Shown: positions 1 through 10,736 of the stretch, piece by piece
How positions within the stretch are numbered: position 1 is the stretch's first letter
Layout of the letters: each line of letters begins with the position of its first letter
Assembly: GCF_014280195.1 (NCBI RefSeq)
Contig: NZ_CP047960.1
Location: 1,800,001-1,832,000 of the forward strand
Origin: Synechococcus sp. A15-24
GTDB lineage: Bacteria; Cyanobacteriota; Cyanobacteriia; PCC-6307; Cyanobiaceae
Length of the DNA: 32,000 nucleotides
Reading direction: 5' to 3'
Translations under genes and position numbers: made by a program
The notes under the pieces: generated by a model
Told to the model about the DNA's origin: nothing
Databases searched by the model: none
The model's input: only the letters and a program-made list of their open reading frames with translations

Positions 1-592
1 GTCGCGCCAATGCAGACTGAGCTGCTTCCTGAATCAGCGGATCGTCATTATTATCTTGAAGTGCATGCAAAGCGACCTCCGCCATGGGATGCGGGATATC
101 AGCAAGAGCCTGAGATGCACTAAAGATCAAAGCCACATTTTCACTGCTGAGAGATTTTGCTAGTAGTTTAATTGCCTCTTCAGACTTGAACTGTTGCTTA
201 CCGATTTGACCAAGACACATCAGAGCTCCTTGTACGACTACCATATCTGTGTCATTAATCCCTTGTTCCAACATTTGCATGACTGAATCAGGAAACGGTT
301 GATCAGGAAAATTCTTGAACAATTGAACGAATGCTTTCGGGCAACAACGCCTTGCAGTTTGATTCTCAGTTGTTGCATAAAGTTCGATCAAAGGATCGAA
401 TGCAGAACTCCCAAAAAAACCAATTCCCTTAACTGCTGCTCTGTATACTTTGGGATCTTGATGACAGAATAGTTCCAATAACATGGGCAAGGCTTCTTCC
501 TGATAGTGCTCCGAAAGAATTAAACTGGCTTCTTCTTGGATCCTAGGGTTGGGATGCCTGAGATCCTCGAATAGGGAATCAATGGAAGGCAT
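1..592 (-). CDS. cpeZ: CpeZ-like HEAT-repeat phycoerythrin lyase/chaperone subunit; partial, C-terminus lies beyond the window edge
   Basis: Absent from the supplied ORF track because there is no stop codon inside the window. Hand translation of the minus strand from the ATG at complement(590-592) gives 197 stop-free codons: MPSIDSLFEDLRHPNPRIQEEASLILSEHYQEEALPMLLELFCHQDPKVYRAAVKGIGFFGSSAFDPLIELY...LHALQDNNDDPLIQEAAQSALAR. It has HEAT-like repeat character, belongs to the ~200 aa size class, and sits directly downstream of cpeY as in cpeYZ operons. Confidence 0.75.
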   Translation of the reverse strand, partial: MPSIDSLFEDLRHPNPRIQEEASLILSEHYQEEALPMLLELFCHQDPKVYRAAVKGIGFFGSSAFDPLIELYATTENQTARRCCPKAFVQLFKNFPDQPFPDSVMQMLEQGINDTDMVVVQGALMCLGQIGKQQFKSEEAIKLLAKSLSSENVALIFSASQALADIPHPMAEVALHALQDNNDDPLIQEAAQSALAR

Positions 593-684
593 AGACTGAT
601 TATCGCTCACAGAAAGCCTGAACTGATAATTTATTTTAGCACTGATGATCAACCGAAAACAGACGCAGACGTCTCATACATGCA

Positions 685-2010
685 CTATGTATATTGGAGA
701 ATCGACTGCGCTTTCCAACAAACAAAGTAATCTGGATCCGATTGAGACAAATCACTGACTACATCAAGATTTTGAGACCGGATTTGACTCAACTCGGGAG
801 ATTGAAGGAGTAGAAGCGATGTATAACGGAAATCCCAAAATGGTTGCATTACGGTAGTCAAACCATCTTTCAAGAAGTGGTCGCACTGCCCAGGAAATAA
901 GATAGCAAAAGACAACAACGCAGCAGATGGAGATTTCCTGAATTGTGGACGTCTATCTCGAATAGCATCCGACAGGATGTCGTGAATAGACGCAAGGGCC
1001 TCGTGACTCCAATTCCTTATGAGACCAAATAGATGCATCATGAAATAGTGCGCTCCATAGTCGTTATGGGCTTTCTTATGCCAACTGGCCCAGACATGGG
1101 TCCAGACTTCATCTGGATCGCGATCCAGCAGGGTTTGCATCGACAAATAGCAGCGACTGAAATCAGGATGAAACAGACCTTCGACAAGCAGCTGAGTCGG
1201 TAGGGGGTCCCCATAGTGATGAAGCACCGTGATCAGCCTGGGGTCATCGCGAAGGACCTGGTCAACAGCCGAAAGAGCACTATTTTTCAACTGCTCACCT
1301 GACGATCGGTCGACAAGAGCACGAACAGCTCTCATTCGAAACGCTGGTGAAATGGGTGACTGAAGCAAACTCGACATGAGTTCAATCCCACCAGCATCGA
1401 TTACATCTTGAACTGCCGACTGACGATCCATCTGATTAGCTACGTACAAATGATCAGCCAAATCAGCGAGACGTGTCCTATCTCCTGACAAGTGAATTGT
1501 GGCCGCAATTGCAGCACCGCGCACAGAAGACTTTTCATGGTCCATTAAGGGAGTAATCGTCGAAAGTGCTGCAAAAACTGAGAGTTTAGACAAACTTTGA
1601 ATTAAAACCCGTTGATTCTGTGTGGAATCATGCAACAACCGAATCAAGCGCTGATGAACGGCTTGATCTTGACAGCCTATTTGTGCCAGTGCCCAGGCAG
1701 CATTTTCGACCATATAGATATCCGAACTATCAAGAAAACTGGCAATTTTCGCCTGAGCTTGCGTAACCCCCAGCCGGGCAAGAACTTCTACAGCTTTTCG
1801 TTGAGCAAGGAGGACAGCAGACTCAGTCGACACCCTGCCAAGAAAATTCAGCAACGCTTCATTTGCAAACTGACCAGGAAAATTGACCAAGTGCGAAACG
1901 GCAATATAGTAGTCACTGTCGCTCTCGAGATCTTGAAAATCTGTAGCCAAGATCTCGATGGCACCAGCCTGGTCCAACTCAGGATGAATATTGTCAAACA
2001 AGCCCGACAT
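685..2010 (-). CDS. cpeY: CpeY-like E/F-type (HEAT-repeat) phycoerythrobilin lyase
   Basis: 441-aa ORF with repeated HEAT-like segments (VENAAWALAQIG, SSVRGAAIAATIHL, PAFRMRAVRALV). The size is typical of CpeY. It is followed by cpeZ on the same strand and lies close to cpeBA. Confidence 0.8.
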   Translation of the reverse strand: MSGLFDNIHPELDQAGAIEILATDFQDLESDSDYYIAVSHLVNFPGQFANEALLNFLGRVSTESAVLLAQRKAVEVLARLGVTQAQAKIASFLDSSDIYMVENAAWALAQIGCQDQAVHQRLIRLLHDSTQNQRVLIQSLSKLSVFAALSTITPLMDHEKSSVRGAAIAATIHLSGDRTRLADLADHLYVANQMDRQSAVQDVIDAGGIELMSSLLQSPISPAFRMRAVRALVDRSSGEQLKNSALSAVDQVLRDDPRLITVLHHYGDPLPTQLLVEGLFHPDFSRCYLSMQTLLDRDPDEVWTHVWASWHKKAHNDYGAHYFMMHLFGLIRNWSHEALASIHDILSDAIRDRRPQFRKSPSAALLSFAILFPGQCDHFLKDGLTTVMQPFWDFRYTSLLLLQSPELSQIRSQNLDVVSDLSQSDPDYFVCWKAQSILQYT

Positions 2011-2124
2011 GAAGAAAGCCTAATATCAATTAAATTCTACACGCCTAATTATCTAGCGTTCTTAAACAACAATAAGAAAAGCATTGGGCTGCTTCTCAGC
2101 ATTTAGATTTAAAGTATTATCGTA

Positions 2125-2496
2125 TTGTCTGTAAAGAGGGAAATGGGGCCATTCTCCGGTCGTTTGCTCTGCGTTTCTGCTGCAATGTTGCCAGGCTCGA
2201 GAACTTCGAAACAGAGACATATAAGTCTAGACAGTCGGTTTATGAGCCAATGGATGAAAGCCGCCAAAAATTCCCATGCAGCAATCACTCAGATCAGCGC
2301 CGCTCACCTTGATTCAACAACAACAACAAGGAAGGGAACAACAGGACGTTCAAAAGATAAGTCGCAGACCTTAATTGGGAAAATGAGTGCTCAGTTTCCG
2401 AGCCTGACTAAAAACATGAAAACCGATGTAGACAGAACGATGGATGAATCTAAACAAAAGGGCAAACGCCGCAGAGGTCGTCGCAAATCGTCCTAA
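2125..2496 (+). CDS. Hypothetical highly basic, Thr/Lys/Arg-rich low-complexity protein (doubtful gene)
   Basis: This is the only ORF of 60 aa or more in the 486-nt gap between cpeY and the next minus-strand gene. The track start is TTG. The first ATG is at 2143, preceded by aagaggga. The C-terminus reads KQKGKRRRGRRKSS and there is a TTTT run. It contains rare codons (aga, ata, cta, agg). I recognise no homology. Its stop TAA (2494-2496) directly abuts the stop of the convergent ORF 2497-2928. Confidence 0.3.
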   Translation: MSVKREMGPFSGRLLCVSAAMLPGSRTSKQRHISLDSRFMSQWMKAAKNSHAAITQISAAHLDSTTTTRKGTTGRSKDKSQTLIGKMSAQFPSLTKNMKTDVDRTMDESKQKGKRRRGRRKSS

Positions 2497-2928
2497 TCAA
2501 TTATTTGAGGAGATCTCGAAAACACCATCTTCAGGGCGATTGGACTTAAGTGCATCCCAATTAATGGCTTGAAGGAAAGCCTCTTCATCGTGTGTTTCCA
2601 CAACATCCACGCCCCAGAAACCTTCTTGGAGCGGTGCACCTGGAGCAGCCATTGAATCTTTGCGCCCACCAAGCGCCAGTATGACGTGATCTGCACTTTG
2701 TCCAAGTTTAGACCTCAATTGCTTCCAAGACTTGACCAACTCCACTGCCATATCGTTGGGAGGCAAGTTTGAAGTCAATTCAATGATCCAATGAGGATGT
2801 TGAATGACTGTTGCAGAAATAATTGCCGAAGAATTCGAGACTATACCGTCAGCGAGAACTTGAGTTTCAAAGGGAGGGACATCTTTAGATTGAACCTGCA
2901 GGTTATGAGACAGAATAAATGTCGTCAT
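2497..2928 (-). CDS. Conserved-looking hypothetical protein of the phycoerythrin gene cluster (position matches the unnamed 'unk' ORFs downstream of cpeA in marine Synechococcus)
   Basis: 143-aa ATG-initiated ORF on the same strand as cpeBA and immediately downstream of it. A GAGGGG motif lies 13 nt upstream of the ATG. The sequence is globular-looking (MTTFILSHNLQVQSKDVPPFETQVLADG...HVILALGGRKDSMAAPGAPLQEGFWGVDVVETHDEEAFLQAINWD). Function is unknown to me. Confidence 0.65.
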   Translation of the reverse strand: MTTFILSHNLQVQSKDVPPFETQVLADGIVSNSSAIISATVIQHPHWIIELTSNLPPNDMAVELVKSWKQLRSKLGQSADHVILALGGRKDSMAAPGAPLQEGFWGVDVVETHDEEAFLQAINWDALKSNRPEDGVFEISSNN

Positions 2929-3004
2929 TGGAAAAGACTTGTCCCCTCAATCTTAACGGAACAACTACATACCCGCGATTCAATCTGAGAAGCCTGCAGT
3001 CATC

Positions 3005-3036
3005 AAAAAAGGGGGGGGCTTATCGCCCCCCCCCCC
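3005..3036 (-). terminator. Rho-independent terminator of cpeBA built from G/C homopolymers
   Basis: The plus strand reads aaaaaa-G8(3011-3018)-cttatcg-C11(3026-3036). On the minus-strand RNA this is G11-CGAUAAG-C8-UUUUUU, starting 24 nt after the cpeA stop. Confidence 0.8.
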
Positions 3037-3059
3037 TCTCTTTCACAGCCGTTGCCAGT

Positions 3060-3563
<504 letters not shown>

Positions 3564-3612
3564 TTAGATAAGGGTGCTGAGAAGGAAAGAAGAAGACGAA
3601 TTCAGCCGCCGA

Positions 3613-4227
<615 letters not shown>

Positions 4228-4477
4228 CTAAGACTGGAGGCCCAAAGGGGGAAGATGCGCCCAGCCACGCTAAACCCCGGTTCCCGGCTGGGTTCCAAAA
4301 CAGACGCGGTCACGCAAGAGTTTGTCACCTTGGGGCACGAGTCAACGACTACCGGCAAGACCGTCGACCATCAAGGCTTCCAAGCCGGTCGGTCCATGTC
4401 GTGGGTCAGAGACGAAGCCCAACGGAGCCAAGGCAGACAGGTAGAAGGTTTAAAATTTCAGAGTCAGTCAGCATTTC

Positions 4478-4711
4478 ATGGATCAAACAGCCTCTGATCT
4501 GCCCAGCATTGAAGAATTACAGGAGTCTATTGACGAACTATCTGCATACCGAGAGAGACTTTTTCAGGATGTGGTCGGACTTGGAAAGAAGCTGCGCCTC
4601 TCGCAGAAAAAAATTGATTCGACAGTCGCTGAGCACGCAGAGCTAAAGCGTCTTGACGAAGTTATGTCACAACTTGTTGCGCAAAGAGATTCTCAGCAGT
4701 CTAAATCTTGA
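4478..4711 (+). CDS. Small coiled-coil hypothetical protein heading the cpeU-pebAB operon (position matches the 'unk10'-type ORF of marine Synechococcus PBS regions)
   Basis: 77-aa ATG ORF, MDQTASDLPSIEELQESIDELSAYRERLFQDVVGLGKKLRLSQKKIDSTVAEHAELKRLDEVMSQLVAQRDSQQSKS. It has heptad-like charged/hydrophobic periodicity and lies 58 nt upstream of the lyase gene on the same strand. Confidence 0.6.
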   Translation: MDQTASDLPSIEELQESIDELSAYRERLFQDVVGLGKKLRLSQKKIDSTVAEHAELKRLDEVMSQLVAQRDSQQSKS

Positions 4712-4769
4712 ATTTTATTAGAAGGATTGATCCACAGTCTCAACACCTCAGCTCTGCAAGTTCAATCTA

Positions 4770-6880
<2,111 letters not shown>

Positions 6881-6882
<2 letters not shown>

Positions 6883-6906
6883 CTCCCTTGTCGTACCAAG
6901 GGAGTT
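6881..6906 (+). terminator. Perfect 10-bp stem-loop overlapping the pebB stop codon. It has no U-tract, so it may be a terminator, an attenuator or an RNA-stability element.
   Basis: aactcccttg (6881-6890), loop tcgtac, caagggagtt (6897-6906), followed by aagcattatg. Confidence 0.35.
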
Positions 6907-7040
6907 AAGCATTATGAACAGCCGTCGAAGCGCCCGCCTGGGCTTGGCGAGAATCGCATGGTCGGGATGGAGGCAATAGCCTTCGACCATCCCAATTGTC
7001 TGAGATTCCCCTCCAGACGTAGTTCAAAGGAACAACAACC

Positions 7041-7559
7041 ATGTTCGACGCCTTCACCAAGGTTGTCGCCCAGGCCGATGCCCGGGGACAATTCATCAGC
7101 ACCAGCGAGATCGATGCCCTCGCTGCCATGGTTTCTGACAGCAACAAGCGTCTGGATGCCGTGAATCGCATCTCCAGCAACGCTTCCACCATCGTTGCTT
7201 CGGCTGCCCGTCAGCTGTTCGCTCAGCAGCCTTCACTGATCGCCCCCGGCGGCAACGCTTACACCTCCCGTCGCATGGCTGCTTGCCTGCGCGACATGGA
7301 GATCATTCTTCGCTACGTCACCTACTCCGCATTCACCGGCGACGCTTCCGTGATGGAAGACCGCTGCCTGAACGGCCTGCGTGAGACCTACCTGGCCCTC
7401 GGCACTCCCGGTGCTTCCGTTGCCGCCGGCGTGAACCTGATGAAGGACACTGCCCTGGCCATCGTCAACGACAAAGCTGGTATTTCCGCTGGCGACTGCG
7501 CTTCCCTGAGCAGCGAAATCGGCACCTACTTCGACCGCGCCGCCGCCTCCGTCGCCTGA
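7041..7559 (+). CDS. rpcB: Phycocyanin beta subunit (R-phycocyanin type inferred from the linked rpcG/rpcT)
   Basis: 172 aa, [49 protein letters not shown]... with the Cys-82 context MAACLRD and the Cys-153 context AGDCASL. Confidence 0.93.
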   Translation: MFDAFTKVVAQADARGQFISTSEIDALAAMVSDSNKRLDAVNRISSNASTIVASAARQLFAQQPSLIAPGGNAYTSRRMAACLRDMEIILRYVTYSAFTGDASVMEDRCLNGLRETYLALGTPGASVAAGVNLMKDTALAIVNDKAGISAGDCASLSSEIGTYFDRAAASVA

Positions 7560-7601
7560 TCGACGCGTTAATCCGACGTCTTTCACTTCTCCCATCAACC
7601 A

Positions 7602-8090
7602 ATGAAAACCCCACTTACCGAAGCTGTTGCTGCAGCTGATTCCCAGGGCCGTTTCCTGAGCAACACCGAAGTTCAGGCCGCTTCCGGTCGCTTCAACCGT
7701 GCCAAGGCCAGCCTCGAAGCGGCCAAAGCCCTCACGAGTAAGGCCGATTCCTTGGTGAACGGCGCAGCTCAAGCTGTGTACACCAAGTTCCCTTACACCA
7801 CTCAGATGGAGGGGCCCAATTACTCAGCAACTCCCGAAGGCAAGGCCAAGTGTTCCCGTGACGTGGGCTACTACCTGCGCATGATCACCTACTGCCTGGT
7901 CGCTGGTGGTACTGGCCCCATGGACGACTACCTGATTGCCGGTCTGGCCGAAATCAACCGTACTTTCGAGCTCTCCCCTTCCTGGTACGTGGAAGCTCTG
8001 AAGCACATCAAGTCCAACCACGGCCTCTCTGGCGACGCCGCCACTGAAGCCAACAGCTACATCGACTACGCCATCAATGCTCTGACCTGA
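7602..8090 (+). CDS. rpcA: Phycocyanin alpha subunit
   Basis: 162 aa, [69 protein letters not shown]... with the Cys-84 context [31 protein letters not shown]. Confidence 0.93.
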   Translation: MKTPLTEAVAAADSQGRFLSNTEVQAASGRFNRAKASLEAAKALTSKADSLVNGAAQAVYTKFPYTTQMEGPNYSATPEGKAKCSRDVGYYLRMITYCLVAGGTGPMDDYLIAGLAEINRTFELSPSWYVEALKHIKSNHGLSGDAATEANSYIDYAINALT

Positions 8091-8112
8091 TCGGTTAGAC
8101 CACAGATGTGAC

Positions 8113-8139
8113 AGCCCTCCTCATGGAGGGCTTTTTTTG
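8113..8139 (+). terminator. Rho-independent terminator of rpcBA
   Basis: agccctcc (8113-8120), loop tcat, ggagggct (8125-8132), then a T7 tract, starting 23 nt after the rpcA stop. Confidence 0.85.
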
Positions 8140-8168
8140 TTCAAACAGCTTGGGCCAGGATTCTAAAA

Positions 8169-8762
8169 ATGACCCCAACAGAGCAGAACTTTCTCAGCTT
8201 GCTTTGCGGCGAATACAGCAATCAGCAACAAGCATTGGATAACCCTCCTTTCTTTGCACATATTTTCCTGAGATACCGACCTTTAGAGCATCTCCAACCA
8301 GGATCCATTTTGCTAGAACAAAGCTATGCAGTTGACCCAAAGAATCCTTACCGACTACGCATGATCAGAGCAGAGGAACAATCACCTGGAATTATTAAGT
8401 TGTGGAACCATACTTTCCACGAGCCATCAAGATTTGCCAAAGCAACCTTTGATAAAGAATGTCGGCAGACCATTCAAGACAGCGACCTTATCTGCCTTGA
8501 CCAATGTCACTACCAAGTTGAACACAAGAGCGACGGATATCATGGATCGATCGAACCAGGCTGTCGGTGTATGGTTACCCGAAATGGGCAAGAAACAGTC
8601 CTGGTCAGCACTTTTCACCTCCAGGAGGACTCATTAAAAACTCTTGACCGTGGTCATGACCCAAAAACGAATGCAAGACTTTGGGGTGCCATTGCAGGTG
8701 AATTTCAATTCAAACGAACAAAATCATGGGAAGCAAAGTGGGAACAAGACATTCATTCATGA
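8169..8762 (+). CDS. rpcT: CpcT/CpeT-family (T-type) phycobilin lyase, expected to serve phycocyanin beta-153
   Basis: 197 aa with the T-type N-terminal signature FLSLLCGEYSNQQQALDNPPFFAHIFLRYRPL. It sits directly downstream of rpcBA. Confidence 0.8.
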   Translation: MTPTEQNFLSLLCGEYSNQQQALDNPPFFAHIFLRYRPLEHLQPGSILLEQSYAVDPKNPYRLRMIRAEEQSPGIIKLWNHTFHEPSRFAKATFDKECRQTIQDSDLICLDQCHYQVEHKSDGYHGSIEPGCRCMVTRNGQETVLVSTFHLQEDSLKTLDRGHDPKTNARLWGAIAGEFQFKRTKSWEAKWEQDIHS

Positions 8763-8853
8763 GCATGGATACAAAGACCATTTTTCAAGCACATGAGACA
8801 GTGGGGCAAGCCTATAGAATGCAAAGCAAGTTTTGTAAAACAAAACTACCTTG

Positions 8854-10254
8854 ATGCCAATTGACTCAGTTACAGCCGCTCTTGAAGCCCTCGACCACCA
8901 AGATGCGGGTGTTCGGTATCACGGTGCTTGGTGGCTCGGGAAAAACAGGTCGGCTGAGGGAGTACCACGATTGGTGGAATGCCTTCTAGACGAAAGGGAC
9001 AAAACATGTACAGGCGGATACCCCCTAAGAAGGCAAGCAGCAAGATCACTGGGAATGATCAAAGACTCACGCTGTTTACCAGAGCTTCTTAAAACACTAG
9101 AAACAGATGACGTGCAATTGCATGAAGCAACACTTAGAGCCCTAATTCAAATCAAGAGTGATCAATGCTCAAGCTCACTCATTAACTACCTTGACCGAGA
9201 TATTCCCAACAAACCAATAGAAGCACTTATAGAAGCCTTAACAGAGCAAAGAATGTGGGATGTTTCAGAAAAGATCCAACCCTTTCTTAACGACAAATCA
9301 GAAAGGATCGCCGGCTCTGCAGCAGCTTTTTTCTACAGCTACACCGGTGAGATGACCTATTTAAACAAAGTTATCTCACTTCTTGATCACCAGAATCGCT
9401 TCATCAGGCAATCCGCTGCATTCGACCTAGCCCGTATCGGAACAATCAAAGCAACAGATCCAATCCTGACTGCCAAGATCCCCAACAACGTCAAGATGTT
9501 TGCCATAAAAGCCATACTCAATAAATCACTCAGCCGAAGCAATCAAGCAGATTCTATTCCAGATACCGACCTCGCATCAATTCATTCCTCTCTGTTCAAA
9601 GCACTTGACAGTCTCGCCAGAGACAACTTTTCGGGGAACCTATTGATTGAGCAAGACAACCAAATTCCAGAAACCTATCCAGGCGACGGCTCAACAGAGA
9701 GCGATCTACTTTCAAATGCATTCGACAACCTAAGGTCACCATCCTTGACGAGCAGAAAATCAGGCATAAAACAACTCGTCCGTGGTGCTAATCATTTCAA
9801 AATCGATCTTCTTGATCTGTACTTCTCAGAATCAGATCAAGACATCACAATGGGGCTGATCAAGGCCATGGCTGAACTCAAAAATCCCCACTACGCAAAC
9901 GCACTTATTGATGCTATTGGGGTCGAAATTGGCAATCATTGCCAAGGAAACATTCGACGCGTCGCAGCGTGCGCCCTTGGTGACATCAATTGGAACGCGA
10001 AGATTTCGTCGCAATCACTGCATGCCGTTTTCAACAAACTCAAATGGACACTTCATTCACCTGAAGACTGGGGTTTGCGCTACAGCGCATGCTTGGCGCT
10101 GGAAGGAATTGGCAATGCCGATTCGATTGAACTCTTAAATGAAGCCAAAGCAAAAGAAACAGATCCAGTCCTCTCTGCACGCCTTGACAAGGCAATACTA
10201 AAATCAAAAAATAAGACTTCTATCCGTCACATCGAAAACAAAAAAGTTCTCTAA
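8854..10254 (+). CDS. rpcG: Fused E/F-type (PecE-PecF-like) phycocyanin alpha-84 lyase-isomerase
   Basis: 466 aa counted from the ATG at 8854 (the track start 8851 is TTG). HEAT-like repeats run throughout. The C-terminal half carries the NHCQGN motif (9934-9951) known from the isomerising PecF subunit and from marine Synechococcus RpcG. It lies in the rpcBA neighbourhood. Confidence 0.8.
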   Translation: MPIDSVTAALEALDHQDAGVRYHGAWWLGKNRSAEGVPRLVECLLDERDKTCTGGYPLRRQAARSLGMIKDSRCLPELLKTLETDDVQLHEATLRALIQIKSDQCSSSLINYLDRDIPNKPIEALIEALTEQRMWDVSEKIQPFLNDKSERIAGSAAAFFYSYTGEMTYLNKVISLLDHQNRFIRQSAAFDLARIGTIKATDPILTAKIPNNVKMFAIKAILNKSLSRSNQADSIPDTDLASIHSSLFKALDSLARDNFSGNLLIEQDNQIPETYPGDGSTESDLLSNAFDNLRSPSLTSRKSGIKQLVRGANHFKIDLLDLYFSESDQDITMGLIKAMAELKNPHYANALIDAIGVEIGNHCQGNIRRVAACALGDINWNAKISSQSLHAVFNKLKWTLHSPEDWGLRYSACLALEGIGNADSIELLNEAKAKETDPVLSARLDKAILKSKNKTSIRHIENKKVL

Positions 10255-10259
10255 AACTA

Positions 10260-10736
10260 ATGATGAAAGTATTGTTCGTCTGCCTCGGCAACATCTGCCG
10301 ATCACCAGCGGCCGAAGGCGTCTTCCTGCATCTGCTGGAGGAGCGAGGGCTGAGCGATCAGTTCGTGGTGGATTCCGCCGGCACCGGCGGCTGGCATGTG
10401 GGCAACCCCGCCGACCGGCGCATGCAGGCCGCAGCCAACCGTCGCGGCATTCAGCTGCCCAGCCGCGCACGACAAATCAGCCTCGACGACTTCTCGGAGT
10501 TCGACCTGGTGCTGACCATGGACGACAACAACCTGGCCGCGGTGCAGGGGCTGGCTCGCGAAGCCGGCGCACAAGCCACGGCAACCATTCAACCGATGCT
10601 CAGCTACGCCCGCCGCTTTTCAGAAACGGAGGTTCCGGATCCCTATTACGGCGGTGAAGCAGGCTTTGAGCACGTGCTCGATCTGCTGGAGGACGCCTGC
10701 TCCAACCTGCTGGACGAGCTCAGCCCGCCGGCGTAG
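10260..10736 (+). CDS. ptpA: Low-molecular-weight protein-tyrosine phosphatase
   Basis: 158 aa with the N-terminal P-loop VLFVCLGNICRSPAAEG (C-x5-R-S) and a DPYYG motif. An LMW-PTP gene is the usual border of the marine Synechococcus PBS rod region. Confidence 0.85.
   Translation: MMKVLFVCLGNICRSPAAEGVFLHLLEERGLSDQFVVDSAGTGGWHVGNPADRRMQAAANRRGIQLPSRARQISLDDFSEFDLVLTMDDNNLAAVQGLAREAGAQATATIQPMLSYARRFSETEVPDPYYGGEAGFEHVLDLLEDACSNLLDELSPPA

Noticed and set aside
1612-2106. 164-aa plus-strand ORF
   Set aside because: It is antisense to the 5' part of cpeY, has a non-ATG start, and has no recognisable features.
3011-3036. G8/C11 runs as a phase-variation switch within a gene
   Set aside because: The runs are intergenic, are complementary to each other, and are followed by a U-tract on the transcribed strand. 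The terminator explanation is sufficient. Slippage is noted only as a secondary possibility.
7233-7772. 179-aa minus-strand ORF across rpcB/rpcA
   Set aside because: It is antisense to the phycocyanin genes, its product is Gly/Ala/Val-rich, and it spans the rpcB-rpcA intergenic gap. This is a shadow ORF.
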